Shown in pieces: positions 41,723 through 55,167 of a stretch of DNA of 64,000 bases. This DNA is from Eledone cirrhosa. Lineage: Eukaryota. The DNA lies in contig OZ024763.1 of NCBI GenBank assembly GCA_964016885.1, forward strand, positions 17,918,001 through 17,982,000, written 5' to 3'. Position numbers and translations under genes: made by a program. The notes under the pieces were generated by a model, which had not been told where the DNA came from, searched no databases, and saw only the letters and a program-made list of their open reading frames with translations. The stretch's first letter is position 1. The number at the start of each line of letters is the position of its first letter.

Positions 41723-43121
41723 GTGAGTGTTCACGGTCTCTTTTTCCTTTTTATATTATAAGGGGCAACTTGGCAGGATCATGAGAATGTCAGATATAAT
41801 GCTTTATGGTATCTGTTCAAATTTACAGAATGCTATAGTAGACAATATTTATTTTGGCCACCCATAATGATGTTATTGAAGGCACGTGGCTAAGTGGTTA
41901 GAGAATTGGATTCGCAATCATGAGGTTGTGAGTTTGATTCCCAGACCAGGCGATGCGTTGTGTCCTTGAGCAAGACACTTTATTTCACGTTGCGACCGAA
42001 AGATAGTATTAGCAATTAGAAGGACTGTCTATACTGATGTTAAAGTATTGTTCTCAAAATAAATATCAAAATCTCATAGATTCGATATTATATGAGATGA
42101 TTATGTAAGGTAAATCCATTACCCTGTAATATATATAGTCGGTCGACTTTCATCAAATCGGACCGAGGAAATAATGTTTCCGTAGGTCTTTCCAATTGCT
42201 AATACTGTCTATCGGTCGCAGCTCCAGGTAGAATGAACAACGTGAAATAAAGTGTCTTGCTCAAGGACATAACACATCACCCGGTCCATGAATCAAACTT
42301 ACAACCTCACAATTGTGAATCCAATTCTCTAACCACTCACCCACGTGCCTTATCACATAAATACAATAATAAATATAGAGAAATGTAAATGCTAAAGCGT
42401 TAAACTCTGAAGAAAGCAGTGAGGAGCATAATACTGCCCCCATTATTCACAATTCCCAGAACCATGAACTGGGAGCATTTTAGCGTAACTCCAGCACTAC
42501 CACTGTGTTTTTCAACATGACACCAGCACTAAGTGAACTGGGTGCTTTTTGTCATGGCACCAGCACTATCGATGTTGAGGGTGAACTGGGTGTTTTTGTT
42601 GCGACACCAGCACTATCACTTTACAGGGTGAACTGGGTGTTTTTGTTGCGACACCAGCACTATCACCTTACAGGGTGGACTGGGTGCTTTTTATCATGGC
42701 ACCAACACTACTACATTAAAAGGTGGACTGGGTGCATCTTATAGTGGCAGCAACATTTGCTAAAGAGTTAATCAAATACGGTGGACTTGATTTTTTTTTT
42801 TTTTTTTTTTTTTTCATGGCAGACTGGGTGCTTTTTATTGTTGCCCCAGCACAACCACTATGCTGAGCACATTTTATTGTGGCACCAACACTATCCTGAG
42901 CTGGGTTGAGCTATGGGGTTCAGTTATAGGGAATACTTGGGGTTGTGGATGAGTGCAGGGTTTAGTCTGTCTGTTACTTAGTGAGGGAGGTGACATCTGG
43001 CAGTATTGGGGTTGGTAGTTGAGAGTGAGTACAGCTTTCCAAAGATAAAATAAAAAAGAAAATGTTGTGTGATGTATTTTTCCTAATGACTTCAACTAAT
43101 GAGTATTTCTTTAATTAATAG

Positions 43122-43187
43122 ATTCTGTCATGCTCTCTTGATGAGACAGTTATCCAATGGGATTATAACGATGGAGTTCTGCTTAAG
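43122..43187 (+). CDS. WDR75: WDR75 exon 3 (ILSCSLDETVIQWDYNDGVLLK)
   Basis: AG acceptor and GTGAGT donor; matches human LYSCSLDGTIKLWDYIDGILIK. Confidence 0.95.
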
Positions 43188-43252
43188 GTGAGTTGGAGGA
43201 AATAAATTGTAAATTACATTATTTGTTTCTACAATGTCTCAACATAAATATA

Positions 43253-45445
43253 CATTATCTATGTACTATATATGATGTTGCCCAAGGGAAAGGTAATGGC
43301 TGATACAGCTTGGGACCAGTGACATCGCAACTGTATATATACATTATATATACTATATGATGTTGGCAAAGACAATGGCTGATAGAGCTTGGCACCAGTG
43401 ACATCGCAACTGTATATATACATTATATATACTATATGATGTTGTCCAAGGCAAAGGTAATGGCTGATACAGCTTGGCACCAGTGACATCGCAACTGTAT
43501 ATATACATTATATATACTATATGATGTTGTCCAAGGGAAAGGTAATGGCTGATACAGCTTGGCACCAGTGACATCGCAACTGTATATATACATTATATAT
43601 ACTATATGATGTTGTCTAAGGGAAAGGTAATGGCTGATACAGCTTGGCACCAGTGACATCGCAACTGTATATATACATTATATATACTATATGATGTTGC
43701 CCAAGGGAAAGGTAATGGCTGATACAGCTTGGCACCAGTGACATCGCAACTGTATATATACATTATATATACTATATGATGTTGGCAAAGACAATGGCTG
43801 ATAGAGCTTGGCACCAGTGACATCGCAACTGTATATATACATTATATATACTATATGATGTTGTCCAAGGGAAAGGTAATGGCTGATACAGCTTGGCACC
43901 AGTGACATCGTAACCATATATATACATTATATATACTATATGATGTTGTCCAAGGGAAAGGTAATGGCTGATACAGCTTGGCACCAGTGACATCGTAACC
44001 ATATATATACATTATATATACTATATGATGTTGTCCAAGGGAAAGGTAATGGCTGGTACAGCTTGGCACCAGTGACATCGTAACCATATATATACATTAT
44101 ATATACTATATGATGATGTCCAAGGGAAAGGTAATGGCTGATACAGCTTGGCACCAGTGACATCGTAACCATATATATACATTATATATACTATATGATG
44201 ATGTCCAAGGGAAAGGCAATGGCTGATACAGCTTGGCACCAGTGACATCGCAACTGTATATATACATTATATATACTATATGATGTTGTCCAAGGGAAAG
44301 GTAATGGCTGATACAGCTTGACACCAGTGACATCGCAACTGTATATATACATTATATATACTATATGATGATGTCCAAGGGAAAGGTAATGGCTGATACA
44401 GCTTGGCACCAGTGACATCGTAACCATATATATACATTATATATACTATATGATGATGTCCAAGGGAAAGGCAATGGCTGATACAGCTTGGCACCAGTGA
44501 CATCGCAACTGTATATATACATTATATATACTATATGATGATGTCCAAGGGAAAGGTAATGGCTGATACAGCTTGGCACCAGTGACATCGTAACCATATA
44601 TATACATTATATATACTATATGATGATGTCCAAGGGAAAGGCAATGGCTGATACAGCTTGGCACCAGTGACATCGCAACTGTATATATACATTATATATA
44701 CTATATGATGTTGTCCAAGGGAAAGGCAATGGCTGATACAGCTTGGCACCAGTGACATCGTAACCATATATATACATTATATATACTATATGATGTTGTC
44801 CAAGGGAAAGGTAATGGCTGATACAGCTTGGCACCAGAGACATCGTAACTGTATATATACATTATATATACTATATGATGTTGTCCAAGGGAAAGGTAAT
44901 GGCTGATACAGCTTGGCACCAGAGACATCGTAACTGTATATATACATTATATATACTATATGATGTTGTCCAAGGGAAAGGTAATGGCTGATACAGCTTG
45001 ACACCAGTGACATCGTAACTGTATATATACATTATATATACTATATGATGTTGTCCAAGGGAAAGGTAATGGCTGATACAGCTTGGCACCAGTGACATCG
45101 TAACTGTATATATACATTATATATACTATATGATGTTGTCCAAGGGAAAGGTAATGGCTGATACAGCTTGGCACCAGAGACATCGTAACTGTATATATAC
45201 ATTATATATACTATATGATGTTGTCCAAGGGAAAGGTAATGGCTGATACAGCTTGGCACCAGTGACATCGTAACTGTATATATACATTATATATACTATA
45301 TGATGTTGTCCAAGGGAAAGGTAATGGCTGATACAGCTTGACACCAGTGACATCGCAACTGTATATATACATTATATATACTATATGATGTTGTCCAAGG
45401 GAAAGGTAATGGCTGGTACAGCTTGGCACCAGTGACATCGCAACT
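43253..45445. repeat. 85-bp satellite, about 26 copies, SINE-derived
   Basis: Unit contains CAAGGGAAAGGTAATGGCTGATACAGCTTGGCACCAGTGACATCGCAACT and continues directly into a SINE body at 45445; an unamplified copy lies at about 62478-62560. Confidence 0.93.
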
Positions 45446-45554
45446 CATTTCTACAGCTGAGTGAACTGGAGCAATGTGAAATAATGTGTCTTACTCAAGG
45501 ACACAACGCATCGCCTAGTCTAGGAATCCAATTGACAACCTCATGCTTATGAAT

Positions 45555-45590
<36 letters not shown>

Positions 45591-46487
45591 GACACACACA
45601 CACACACACACACGTATCATCATCATCATTTGTCCACTTTTCCCTGCTTGCAAGGTTGAGACGGGTCCTATTCAGCAGAGCATATCTCCACTTGTCACGG
45701 TCCTTCGTCATCTCCACCGTGAGCTTCAGCAACCTGAGGTCAGCTCTCACCACCTTCGCCTATGGTCTTCTTTCTACTGGGATTTCTTGGCACCACTTTA
45801 CCCCGCAGTCATCCTCCATGTGCATCACATCTCCATACCAATGCAGTCTTCTCTCCCACACACTACAACTTGTCCCTCTTATTCACAGTTTCTCTCTCAA
45901 CTCATCTATGATTGGTCATTCAGGCACATTGACACACATCATCATCATCATCATCATCATTTTACGTCCACTTTTCCCTGCTTGCAAGGGTGTGACGGGA
46001 ACTGATTCTGGCTTGATTTCTACAGCTGGATGCCCTTCCTAACACCAACCTCTTTTACAGTGAGTGCTGAGTGCTTTTTTCCATGGCACCTCCACGACCA
46101 CTTTACAGTGGAATAATAGCGACCCCAGTCCCTATCATCTCATTTCTACAGCTGAGTAAACTGGAGCAATGTGAAATAAAGTGTCTTGCTCAAGGAAACG
46201 TAAAGTGTCTTGCTCAAGGAAACATGTATATATATATATATATATATATATAACATGTATATATATATTCCTAAATCTATTTCAAGATGGTATGGTTTGG
46301 TATTTATGTGTGCAGGTTCCTGAATTGTGTCAGGTGGTAAGTGCAGTTAAAGATGGTACTCAATACGTTAGTAGAGTATTAACCTCTTTATATTATATAG
46401 AAATGACTTCTACAGTACTAGAACTGTTTCATTCATATGAAATCATGAGGAAATATATATAGTATTCCTTACTCTATTTTATTTCAG

Positions 46488-46584
46488 AAATACAATCTCA
46501 ATGTTCCGATCCAAGCGATGTTACCTTTCCCCTCCACCAATAAAACATCAAATGTAGTTCTATTGATGGAAAATGATTCAAATT
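46488..46584 (+). CDS. WDR75: WDR75 exon 4 (KYNLNVPIQAMLPFPSTNKTSNVVLLMENDSN)
   Basis: atttcAG acceptor, GTGAGT donor; phases 0/1 fit neighbouring exons. Confidence 0.85.
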
Positions 46585-47074
46585 GTGAGTACCAAGATCT
46601 GATTTTATTTCTTCAAAATATAGCATTTTTAACCCTTTACCATTTACATTACTCTATTTACATGGTAAGGCTTCACCTCACATATTTATCTTGTACAATA
46701 TTGAATCTATGTGATTTTGATGTTATTTATTTTGAGAACAATACCTTAACATTAGTATGAGTGGTCAGTTATGGCCAGTTTGAACAGAAAAGGATGAGAG
46801 AATTCTGGCCACATATGGCCAGTTTAAATGCTAAAGAGTTAATCAAATATAAGCCGTGGAATATGTGATCAAAAAATCAATGGTAGAAGGGGAGGTCAGT
46901 TTATATTTAAGGTCAATATTTTGACAATTTTCACCAGCTTGAAAATTCTACGTAAATGAAGTGTTAAAATATTTTTACTTTGGAGGTGAATATGACATTG
47001 CTTTTACTTTCAATGTTCCTATTGTCTTTGATATGTTTTGAATGTGTATGGCTGTCTTTCTTGTCGAGTTAGCA

Positions 47075-47640
47075 ACACCAACCACATTTACAGTGTGGAC
47101 TGGCTGCTTTTTATCATGGCACCAAACAACCACTTTACAATGTGGATCAGCTGATCTTTATTATGGCACCAACATGACCACTTTACAGTGTGGACTGACT
47201 GCTTTTTATCATGGCATCTACGTGACCACTTTACAGTGTGGACTGGCTGCTTTTTATCATGGCACCAACACCAACCACATTTACAGTGTGGACTGGCTGC
47301 TTTTTATCATGGCACCAACACCAACCACATTTACAGTGTGGACTGGCTGCTTTTTATCATGGCACCAACACCAACCACATTTACAGTGTGGACTGGCTGC
47401 TTTTTTTCATGGCACCAACACCAACCACATTTACAGTGTGGACTGGATGCTTTTTATCATGGCACCAACACCAACCACATTTACAGTGTGGACTGACTGC
47501 TTTTTATCATGGCACCAACACCAACCACATTTACAGTGTGGACTGGCTGCTTTTTATCATGGCACCAACATGACTACTTTACAGTGTGGAATGACTGCTT
47601 TTTATCATGGCATCTACATGACCACTTCAGTGTGGACTGG
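47075..47640. repeat. 50-bp minisatellite related to SINE B internal segment
   Basis: Unit TTACAGTGTGGACTGGCTGCTTTTTATCATGGCACCAACACCAACCACAT. Confidence 0.9.
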
Positions 47641-48209
47641 GCGCTTTTGTCATGTTACCTCACAGCCATGTAATACCCTCAGCGTACCCCCAGCCCCCAT
47701 TTCCAGAGAATCATGTCTACACTCAAATTGTAAATAATATATAATAAATAAAATCGTTAATATATATATAATAAATAATATAATATATACTATGTATAAA
47801 TAAATATATATATATTTTATTTTACTATATTTATATATAATATATATCATTTGATATTTAATATACTATTATATCATCTCTACTGCTCCCCGCACCACCC
47901 CCTTAGGCCCCAGTTCCCCCCTTGGACCTTCTCAACGCCCGCAGGGGGCGGTAGCACCCACTTTGAGAACCTCTGCCTTAGAGGGAGGACTATGTGTAAT
48001 GAGTGCTTTTTTATCATGGCACTAAAACAACCACTTTGCTGTGTGTACTGGGCGTTCTTGTCGTGAGGGCTAGGTGCTTTTTTTTTTTTTTGTCATGTTA
48101 CCTTAGAGGGAGGACTAAGTGCTCTTTTTGTCATGGCACCAACATGAGCCCCTTACATGGTGGATTAATGGAACATTCTTCTAAAGAACAATATGGTCTT
48201 TCATTGTAG

Positions 48210-48322
48210 GCTTTGATTTGTGTACTTATGAACTCAATATCAATGAAGATTCTACCCCAAATATCACAGCCCTGCTCCTAAATTGTTCTGGGGATGAACA
48301 CTGCGTAGCTGTCGGATATCAG
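48210..48322 (+). CDS. WDR75: WDR75 exon 5 (CFDLCTYELNINEDSTPNITALLLNCSGDEHCVAVGYQ)
   Basis: ttgtAG acceptor, GTGAGT donor, phases 1/0. Confidence 0.87.
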
Positions 48323-49413
48323 GTGAGTAATAAACAATGAAATGTTATTAAACTCAATAATTAAAACATCATCATCATCATCATCATCATCATTTTATTT
48401 CTGCTCTGGAAAGGTCAGGTCAAACCTGGGTTAACATCATCATCATCATCACCATCATTTTATTTCTGCTCTGGAAAGGTCAGGTCAAACCTGGGTTAAC
48501 ATCATCATCATCATCACCATCATTTTATTTCTGCTCTGGAAAGGTCAGATCAAACCTGGGTTAACATCATCATCATCATCATTTTACTTCTCTATGGAAT
48601 CAGGGAAACCCTGGGTTATTATCATCATCATCATCATATGTCTTACTAATGTAGTTTAATGAGGTTTGTTAATACAAATGTTTATAGTATCTTTACTAGT
48701 GGACAGATTGTTGTGAAAATTTGCAGTATTAGAGTAAAAACTTTAATATTTAATTTGATGCAGTCATAGTGTTGTTTTGTACTTTACAAATATGTCTAAT
48801 GTGGTTTAATAAGGTTTGTTAATACAAATGTTTATATTATTGTGAACATTTGCAGTATTAGAGGAAAGACTAATATTTAATATGACACAGTCTTAGTGTT
48901 GTTTTGTACTTTTTAAGAATGTCTTGCTATTGTGGATTGTTAATTCAAATATTTATAGTATCTTTACTGGTGGACAGATTGTTGTGAAAATATGCAGTAT
49001 TGGTGTAAAGACTTTAATATTTGTGATGTAGTCATAGTTATTTTGTTCTAAATGTTTATAGTATCTTTACTAGTGGACAGATTGATGTCAAAATTTTCAA
49101 TATTAGAGTAAAGACTTTAAGATTTACTGTTATGCAGTCATAGTGTTGTTTGGGACTGAAATTTGGTAGTATTAGAGGAAAGAGTTGAATATTTAATGTG
49201 ATGTAGTCATGGTAGTGTTTTGTACTTTGAAGAATGTCTTGCTAATGTGGTTTAATTCAAATGTTTATAGTATCTTTACTAGTGGGCAAATCATTGAGAA
49301 AACTTGCAGTAAAGACTTCAATATTTACTGTGATGCAGTCATAGTGTTGTTTTGTATTTTTCAAGAATGTCTTACTAATGCAGTTTCATTAAGAGTTAAG
49401 TAAAAGAAGTTAA

Positions 49414-49593
49414 CCCTTTAGTATTCACATTACTCTAGATTTACTATTATATTTTCATGGTAAAGGCTTTACGTCGCATAATATTGAATCTGAGATTTTG
49501 AGAACATAACCTTAACATCAGTATGAATGGCCAGTTTCAACAGAAAGAGGTAGAGAATTCTGGCCAGTTTTGACTGGTTTGAACATTAAAGGG
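49414..49593. mobile_element. piggyBac-like TTAA MITE (related copies 46633-46838 and about 54722-54915)
   Basis: TTAA-CCCTTTAG...TAAAGGG-TTAA. Confidence 0.7.
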
Positions 49594-49645
49594 TTAAGCT
49601 ATTCTTAAAACCTGAATGTGAATTTTTTTTTTGTCTAATTTCTAG

Positions 49646-49716
49646 GGGAGGTTTGTTGCGTCAGTTAAAAGTATGAAGTTGTTTATCAAAGACCTACAAA
49701 CAAACCAATTAATAAA
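49646..49716 (+). CDS. WDR75: WDR75 exon 6 (GRFVASVKSMKLFIKDLQTNQLIK)
   Basis: tttctAG acceptor, GTAAGT donor, phases 0/2. Confidence 0.87.
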
Positions 49717-49799
49717 GTAAGTTTTACAGATTTTTCTTTGTAATTTCTTCTTCTTGTATTGTCTCCTTGTCCACCACCCTTATGGCTTGACAGAATTGT

Positions 49800-50420
49800 T
49801 AGGACATACAACAACCTACCTTGTTCATTAGGACATACAGCAACATACCTTGTTCATTAGGACATACAGCAACATACCTTGTTCATTAGGACGTACAACA
49901 ACATACCTTGTTCGTTAGGACATACGACATGTTTTGTTCATTAGGACATACAACATATCTTGTTTGTTAGGACATAACAACAACCTACCTTGTTCGTTAG
50001 GACATAACGACAACATACCTTGTTCATTAGGACATACGACAACATACCTTGTTCGTTAGGACATATAACAACATACCTTGTTCGTTAGGACATATTAGGA
50101 CATACAACAACATACTTTGTTCATTAGGACATACAACATACCTTGTTCATTAAGACATATGACAACCTACATTGTTCATTAGGACATACAACAACATACC
50201 TTGTTCATTAAGACATATGACAACCTACATTGCTCATTAGACAAACTGGATTACTTGTTAAACTATTGGTCAAGATACCTTGCTTGTTAGACTTGGTCAA
50301 GATACCTTGCTTGTTAGACTTGGTCACTATACCTTGCTCGTTAGACTATTGGTCAAGATACCTTCCTCGTTAGACTATTGGTCAAGATACCTTGCTTGTT
50401 AGACTATTGGTCAAAAGTCT
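49800..50420. repeat. Two adjacent about 27-30-bp minisatellites
   Basis: AGGACATACAACAACATACCTTGTTCATT, then TTGGTCAAGATACCTTGCTTGTTAGAC. Confidence 0.85.
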
Positions 50421-50799
50421 TGCTGTTAGAACATTGGTTAGCAGGCCTTGGTCGTTAAAGTTTTCTATGAACTCCTGACTAATTGTGATTCATAATTCAA
50501 ATACACTAGCCACTAGGTTGAGCTTCTTCTTCGATGTAAAAATGGATATTTTTTTATTATTTCTCCCATAAGGGCGATGGATTGGCAGTATCGGTGGAGC
50601 GTCGGACAACATGCTTTGAAGCATAGTTACGGCCTTTTACATTCTGAGTTCAAATCTCACTGAGGTTAGCTTTGCCCTTCATCCTTACAGGGTTGATAAA
50701 GTACCAGTAATGCACTGGGGTTGATTTAATCAACTTTTCCCTCCCCCTTTCAAATTGCTGACCTATTATTTCTCCCATATTCATTGTTTTTTTTTTCAG

Positions 50800-50898
50800 G
50801 TTTGACAGCCAAAGCAAGAGTTATTTCACCTGTGTAGCTTGCCATCCCAGTGATCAGTGTCTCGTTACAGGGAACAGTGACGGGAAGATTATCTTATG
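50800..50898 (+). CDS. WDR75: WDR75 exon 7 (FDSQSKSYFTCVACHPSDQCLVTGNSDGKIILW)
   Basis: PolyT-cAG acceptor; FTCVACHP...DGKI.LW motif; donor GTTCGT. Confidence 0.95.
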
Positions 50899-51489
50899 GT
50901 TCGTTGGAGTAGTTTTACTAAATTTCTTCTTTCTGGAGGCGCATGGCTTAGTGGTTAGAGCATTGGCCTTGCAATCGAAAGATTGTGGGTTCAATTCTCA
51001 GACCGGGTGATGTGTTGTTTCCTTGAGCAAGACACTTTATTTCACATTGCTCCAGTTTACTCAGCTGTAGAAATGAGATGATAGGACTGGGGTCCCTATC
51101 ATTCCACTGCAAAGTGGTCGTGGAGGTGCCACGGCAAAAAAGCAGCCAGCATTCACTGCAAATGAGGTTGGTGTTAGGAAGGGCATCCAGCTGTAGAAAT
51201 CAAGCCAGAATCAGTTCCCGTCCCACCCTTGCAAGCAGGGAAAAGTGGACGTAAAATGATGTCTGTGTGTGTGTATCTTTTAGAAGCCTGAATCTAAGGA
51301 CTGAGGCCATACTAGGGCACTGTCTGTATATGTGTGTCTTTATAGGTCTCAATTCAAGGTCTGAGGCATTGTCTAAATATGGTGGGTTTTTTTCTTTTAA
51401 AGTCTTCTATTCAAGGGCTGAGGTCATGCTGAGACACTGCTGATTTATATATGGTGTGTGTATGTCTCTTCTTTTACGCTCCTCAGTCA

Positions 51490-51965
51490 AAGGGCTGAGG
51501 CCATGCTGTGGCACTGCCTATTTATATATGGTGTGTGTATGTCTTACAGGCTTCAATTCAAGCACTGAGGCCATGCTGGGGCACTGCCTATTTATATATG
51601 GTGAGTGTATGTCTTACAGGCTTCAATTCAAGCACTGAGGCCATGCTGGGGCACTGCCTATTTATATATGGTGTGTGTATGTCTTACAGGCTTCAATTCA
51701 AGCACTGAGGCCATGCTGGGGCACTGCCTATTTATATATGGTGTGTGTATGTCTTACAGGCTTCAATTCAAGCACTGAGGCCATGCTGGGGCACTGCCTA
51801 TTTATATATGGTGAGTGTATGTCTTACAGGTTTCAATTCAAGCACTGAGGCCATGCTGGGGCACTGCCTATTTATATATGGTGTGTGTATGTCTTACAGG
51901 CTTCAATTCAAGCACTGAGGCCATGCTGGGGCACTGCCTATTTATATGTGGTGAGTGTATGTGTC
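51490..51965. repeat. 70-bp tandem repeat, about 6-7 copies plus degenerate upstream copies
   Basis: Unit GTCTTACAGGCTTCAATTCAAGCACTGAGGCCATGCTGGGGCACTGCCTATTTATATATGGTGTGTGTAT. Confidence 0.93.
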
Positions 51966-52052
51966 ATTTACAGTCCTCAATCTAAATTAAATGCAAGTCT
52001 TATCTACAACAACCAGTGATGTCTGACATTGGGTTTATATTTCTATTTGTAG

Positions 52053-52141
52053 GAGACGGTTTCTTAGAGCTGCTAAAGTGGTGAAGACTGTCATCCATTG
52101 GCACGCCCTTCCAGTGATGGATCTCAGTTTCTCGGTCGAAG
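52053..52141 (+). CDS. WDR75: WDR75 exon 8 (RRFLRAAKVVKTVIHWHALPVMDLSFSVEG)
   Basis: HWH motif characteristic of Utp17/WDR75; AG acceptor, GTAAAT donor. Confidence 0.95.
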
Positions 52142-53156
52142 GTAAATATGTCTTTCAGTTTATTGATTTCCTTAACCGTATCATTACCTTATTTCTGATG
52201 AGATACACCATCATCATCATCACCACCACCATCATAATCATCATCACCACTAACATCACCATCATTATCATCGCCATCATCATCATCACCACCACCGTCA
52301 TCATCACCATCACTAACATCACCATCATTATCATCGCCATCATCATCATCACCACCACCATAATCATCATCGCCACCATCATCATCGCCACTAACATCAC
52401 CACCACCATCATCATCATCACCACCACCATCATCATCATCATCAAACTTGGGACTCTTGTGGTTGCATAGTGATATACACATGCTCACATCCAGTCCAAT
52501 CCAGAGCCTTCTCACTCCTGTTGGAGCAACCCCTCTTCCTGGTTGTTTATGGTCATGTCTTCAGGGGGGGGGGGGGGGGGTTGCAGTACTTACCACACTT
52601 GACCAATTGCAAGTTTAACCCATAGTTGGGGGTGGATGGCCGTTGACACATGATTTCACATTGCTCCAGTTCACTTAGCTCTAAAAATGAGTTGTGACGT
52701 CATTAATTGTTTCTACTTTTGGCACAAGGCCAGCAATTACCCAGTGTATTACTGGTACTTTATTTTATCGACCCCCGTAAGGATGAAAGGCAAAGTTAAC
52801 CTCGGCCTTTCATCCTTATGGGGTCGATAAAATAAAGTTGTGACGTCATTAATGCCAAGCTGTATCGCTCTTTGCTTCTCTCCCTTGGACATCATAATAT
52901 ATATAGTGTGTGTATATATATAGTGTGTGTGTATATATATATATTTTTTTTTCGTTTCTGAATTTGTTTAGCAAGATTCTTTATCTGAAAACGTGTGTTG
53001 TTATACTTTGGGAGGGTCATGTTGCCAATAAGAAACACACGCACCAGTTGCTTTCACTTCAATTTATTATAAAGTAAATTTATAAATTTAAGAATTTATA
53101 AATTTACGGTTGGTTTGGTTGGGTTGGTTCCACAACCGGACGGTTGTTCATATATT

Positions 53157-53199
53157 GTCAAAGTTCTTTCGTCACACATTCTGTGACCTCTTCAGTGAC
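53157..53199 (-). ncRNA. Minimal hammerhead motif (family H5; related copies 30861-30905 -, 59424-59460 -, 59484-59525 +)
   Basis: GUCA-CUGAAGA-gGUCAC(agaaugu)GUGAC-GAAA-gaac-UU/UGAC. Confidence 0.6.
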
Positions 53200-53286
53200 T
53201 GGGGATTCTTTTCTTTGTTTTTGTGCCTCTCCTTTGTTCTGTCCTACGCCATCTTGGTTATTACATAATAAACAACACGATATAAT

Positions 53287-53360
53287 TATTCCATTACCAA
53301 AGGTTTCCAGAAACTCGACGATCCTTAGAGAAACGTCCGGCCCGTTCATCAGATGAAATA
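53287..53360 (-). ncRNA. Type I hammerhead motif
   Basis: UAUUUCAU-CUGAUGA-(stem II)-GAAA-CCuuuGG-UA/AUGGAAUA; 8-bp stem I. Confidence 0.65.
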
Positions 53361-53531
53361 GTTAACTATTTCTGCAAGGATCGTCTAGTTTCTTGAAACC
53401 TTTGGTAATGGAATAATTATATGGTGTTGTTTATTATGTAATTAAATAGCTCTGTACTAAACATAGAGCACTCTTCTTTCCTTTACTTTTTCTACAGAAA
53501 TGCTTAACACACACACACACTTATATATATG

Positions 53532-53562
<31 letters not shown>

Positions 53563-53637
53563 ATACAGTTTATATGTTGTGGCATCACTGGTGCCAAGAT
53601 ATATTGGTTTTTGCCTTTTCCTTGGATGACACACACA

Positions 53638-53672
<35 letters not shown>

Positions 53673-53897
53673 CTCTCTCTCTCTCTCTCTCTCTTGCTCT
53701 CTCTCTCTCTCAGAAGCAGGTGTTGGTATCAGAAAGGGCACTCAGCTATAGAAAACCTCCCTCGAAACTATCTTATTCCAGCTGATGTATGGAGGGGGGG
53801 AGAAGGGGCCATGGATGGAAGTAGACATTAAAATGATGATATACTCCATAAAAATATGTCTCGTCTTGCTGACATCGTGAACTTTTTTCTTTTTCAG

Positions 53898-54053
53898 GAA
53901 CCCGCCTTTATAGTGGAGGCCACGAATGCACGCTGGTCACTTGGCACCTTTCACAGCAAACTAAAGATTTTCTACCGAGACTTGGGGCCCCTGTAAAGAA
54001 CATCTCTGTATCAGATGACAATCGGCTGGTCATTGTATGCCTTTCTGATAACG
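53898..54053 (+). CDS. WDR75: WDR75 exon 9 (TRLYSGGHECTLVTWHLSQQTKDFLPRLGAPVKNISVSDDNRLVIVCLSDN)
   Basis: SGG.E..LV.W and FLPRLG motifs; AG acceptor, GTAAGT donor. Confidence 0.96.
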
Positions 54054-54074
54054 GTAAGTCTCCAAATATAGAAC

Positions 54075-54715
54075 TGCAAGCGGTTTAAGGGTTGCAGATA
54101 TCCAGCTAAAACAGGGGTTAGAGTTGTGGGAGGACCCCAGTCAAAAGTTTACTGTTCAACACGGGGACCTTTTTGAAGCAGGCAAGCTGTTTTAGGGTTG
54201 CAGATAGCCAGCTAAAAGAAGGGTTAGCCTTGTGTGTCCTTTTTGAAGCTTACGGGCAGTTTAAGAATTGCAGATATCCAGCTAAAACAGGGGTTAGGGT
54301 TGTGGGAGGACCCCAGTCAAAAGTTTACTGTTCAACACAGGGGCCTTTTTGAAGCAGGCAAGCTGTTTTAGGGTTGCAGATAGCCAGCTAAAAGAAGGGT
54401 TAGCCTTGTGTGTCCTTTTTGAAGCTTACGGGCAGTTTAAGGGTTGCAGATATCCAGCTAAAACAGGGGTTAGGGTTGTGGGAGGACCCCAGTCAAAATT
54501 TTACTGTTCAACACAGGGGCCTTTTTGAAGCAGGCAAGCTGTTTTAGGGTTGCAGATAGCCAGCTAAAAGAAGGGTTAGCCTTGTGTGTCCTTTTTGAAG
54601 CTTACAGGCAGTTTAAGGGTTGCAGATACCCAGTTAAAACAGGGGTTAGCATTGTTGGGAACCCCAATCAAAAGTTTTCTGTTCAACAATAGATAGTTTT
54701 TGAAGCATGCAAGTG
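54075..54715. repeat. 176-bp dimeric tandem repeat, about 3.5 copies
   Basis: AGGACCCCAG recurs at 54131, 54307 and 54483; each unit has two GTTGCAGATA.CCAGCTAAAA subunits. Confidence 0.9.
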
Positions 54716-55167
54716 GTTTAACCCTTTAGCATTTAAACCAGCCATATCCGGCCAGAATTCTCTCACCTCTTTCTATTTAAACCAGCTTTAACCGGCCTTT
54801 CATACTTATGTTAAGGTATTGTTCTCAAAATAAATAATATCAAAATCTCATAGATTCGATATTATGTGAGGTAAAGCCTTTACAGTAAAAATATAATAGT
54901 AAATATAATGTAACAGCTTAAGGGTTGCAGATATTCAGCAAAAATAGAGGGGGGGGGGGGGGGGGGGGGGGCTCAATCATTAGTTTTCTGTTCAACAGTG
55001 GGTCCTTTCTGAAGCAATGTTTTACAGCTGGCTGCCTTTCTCTGTACTGTGAAAACCTGTCCAACCCTTGCTAGCAGGGAAAGCAGACATTAAATGGTGA
55101 TAATTGTTTTTATTAGTTTTAAGTATTCCATTCTAATCTCCTTTTTTTTTTTTTTACCATCCTGCAG

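Noticed and set aside
50899-50904. Non-consensus donor GTTCGT at exon 7
   Set aside because: Still a GT donor with the correct phase; not a U12 or otherwise non-canonical intron.
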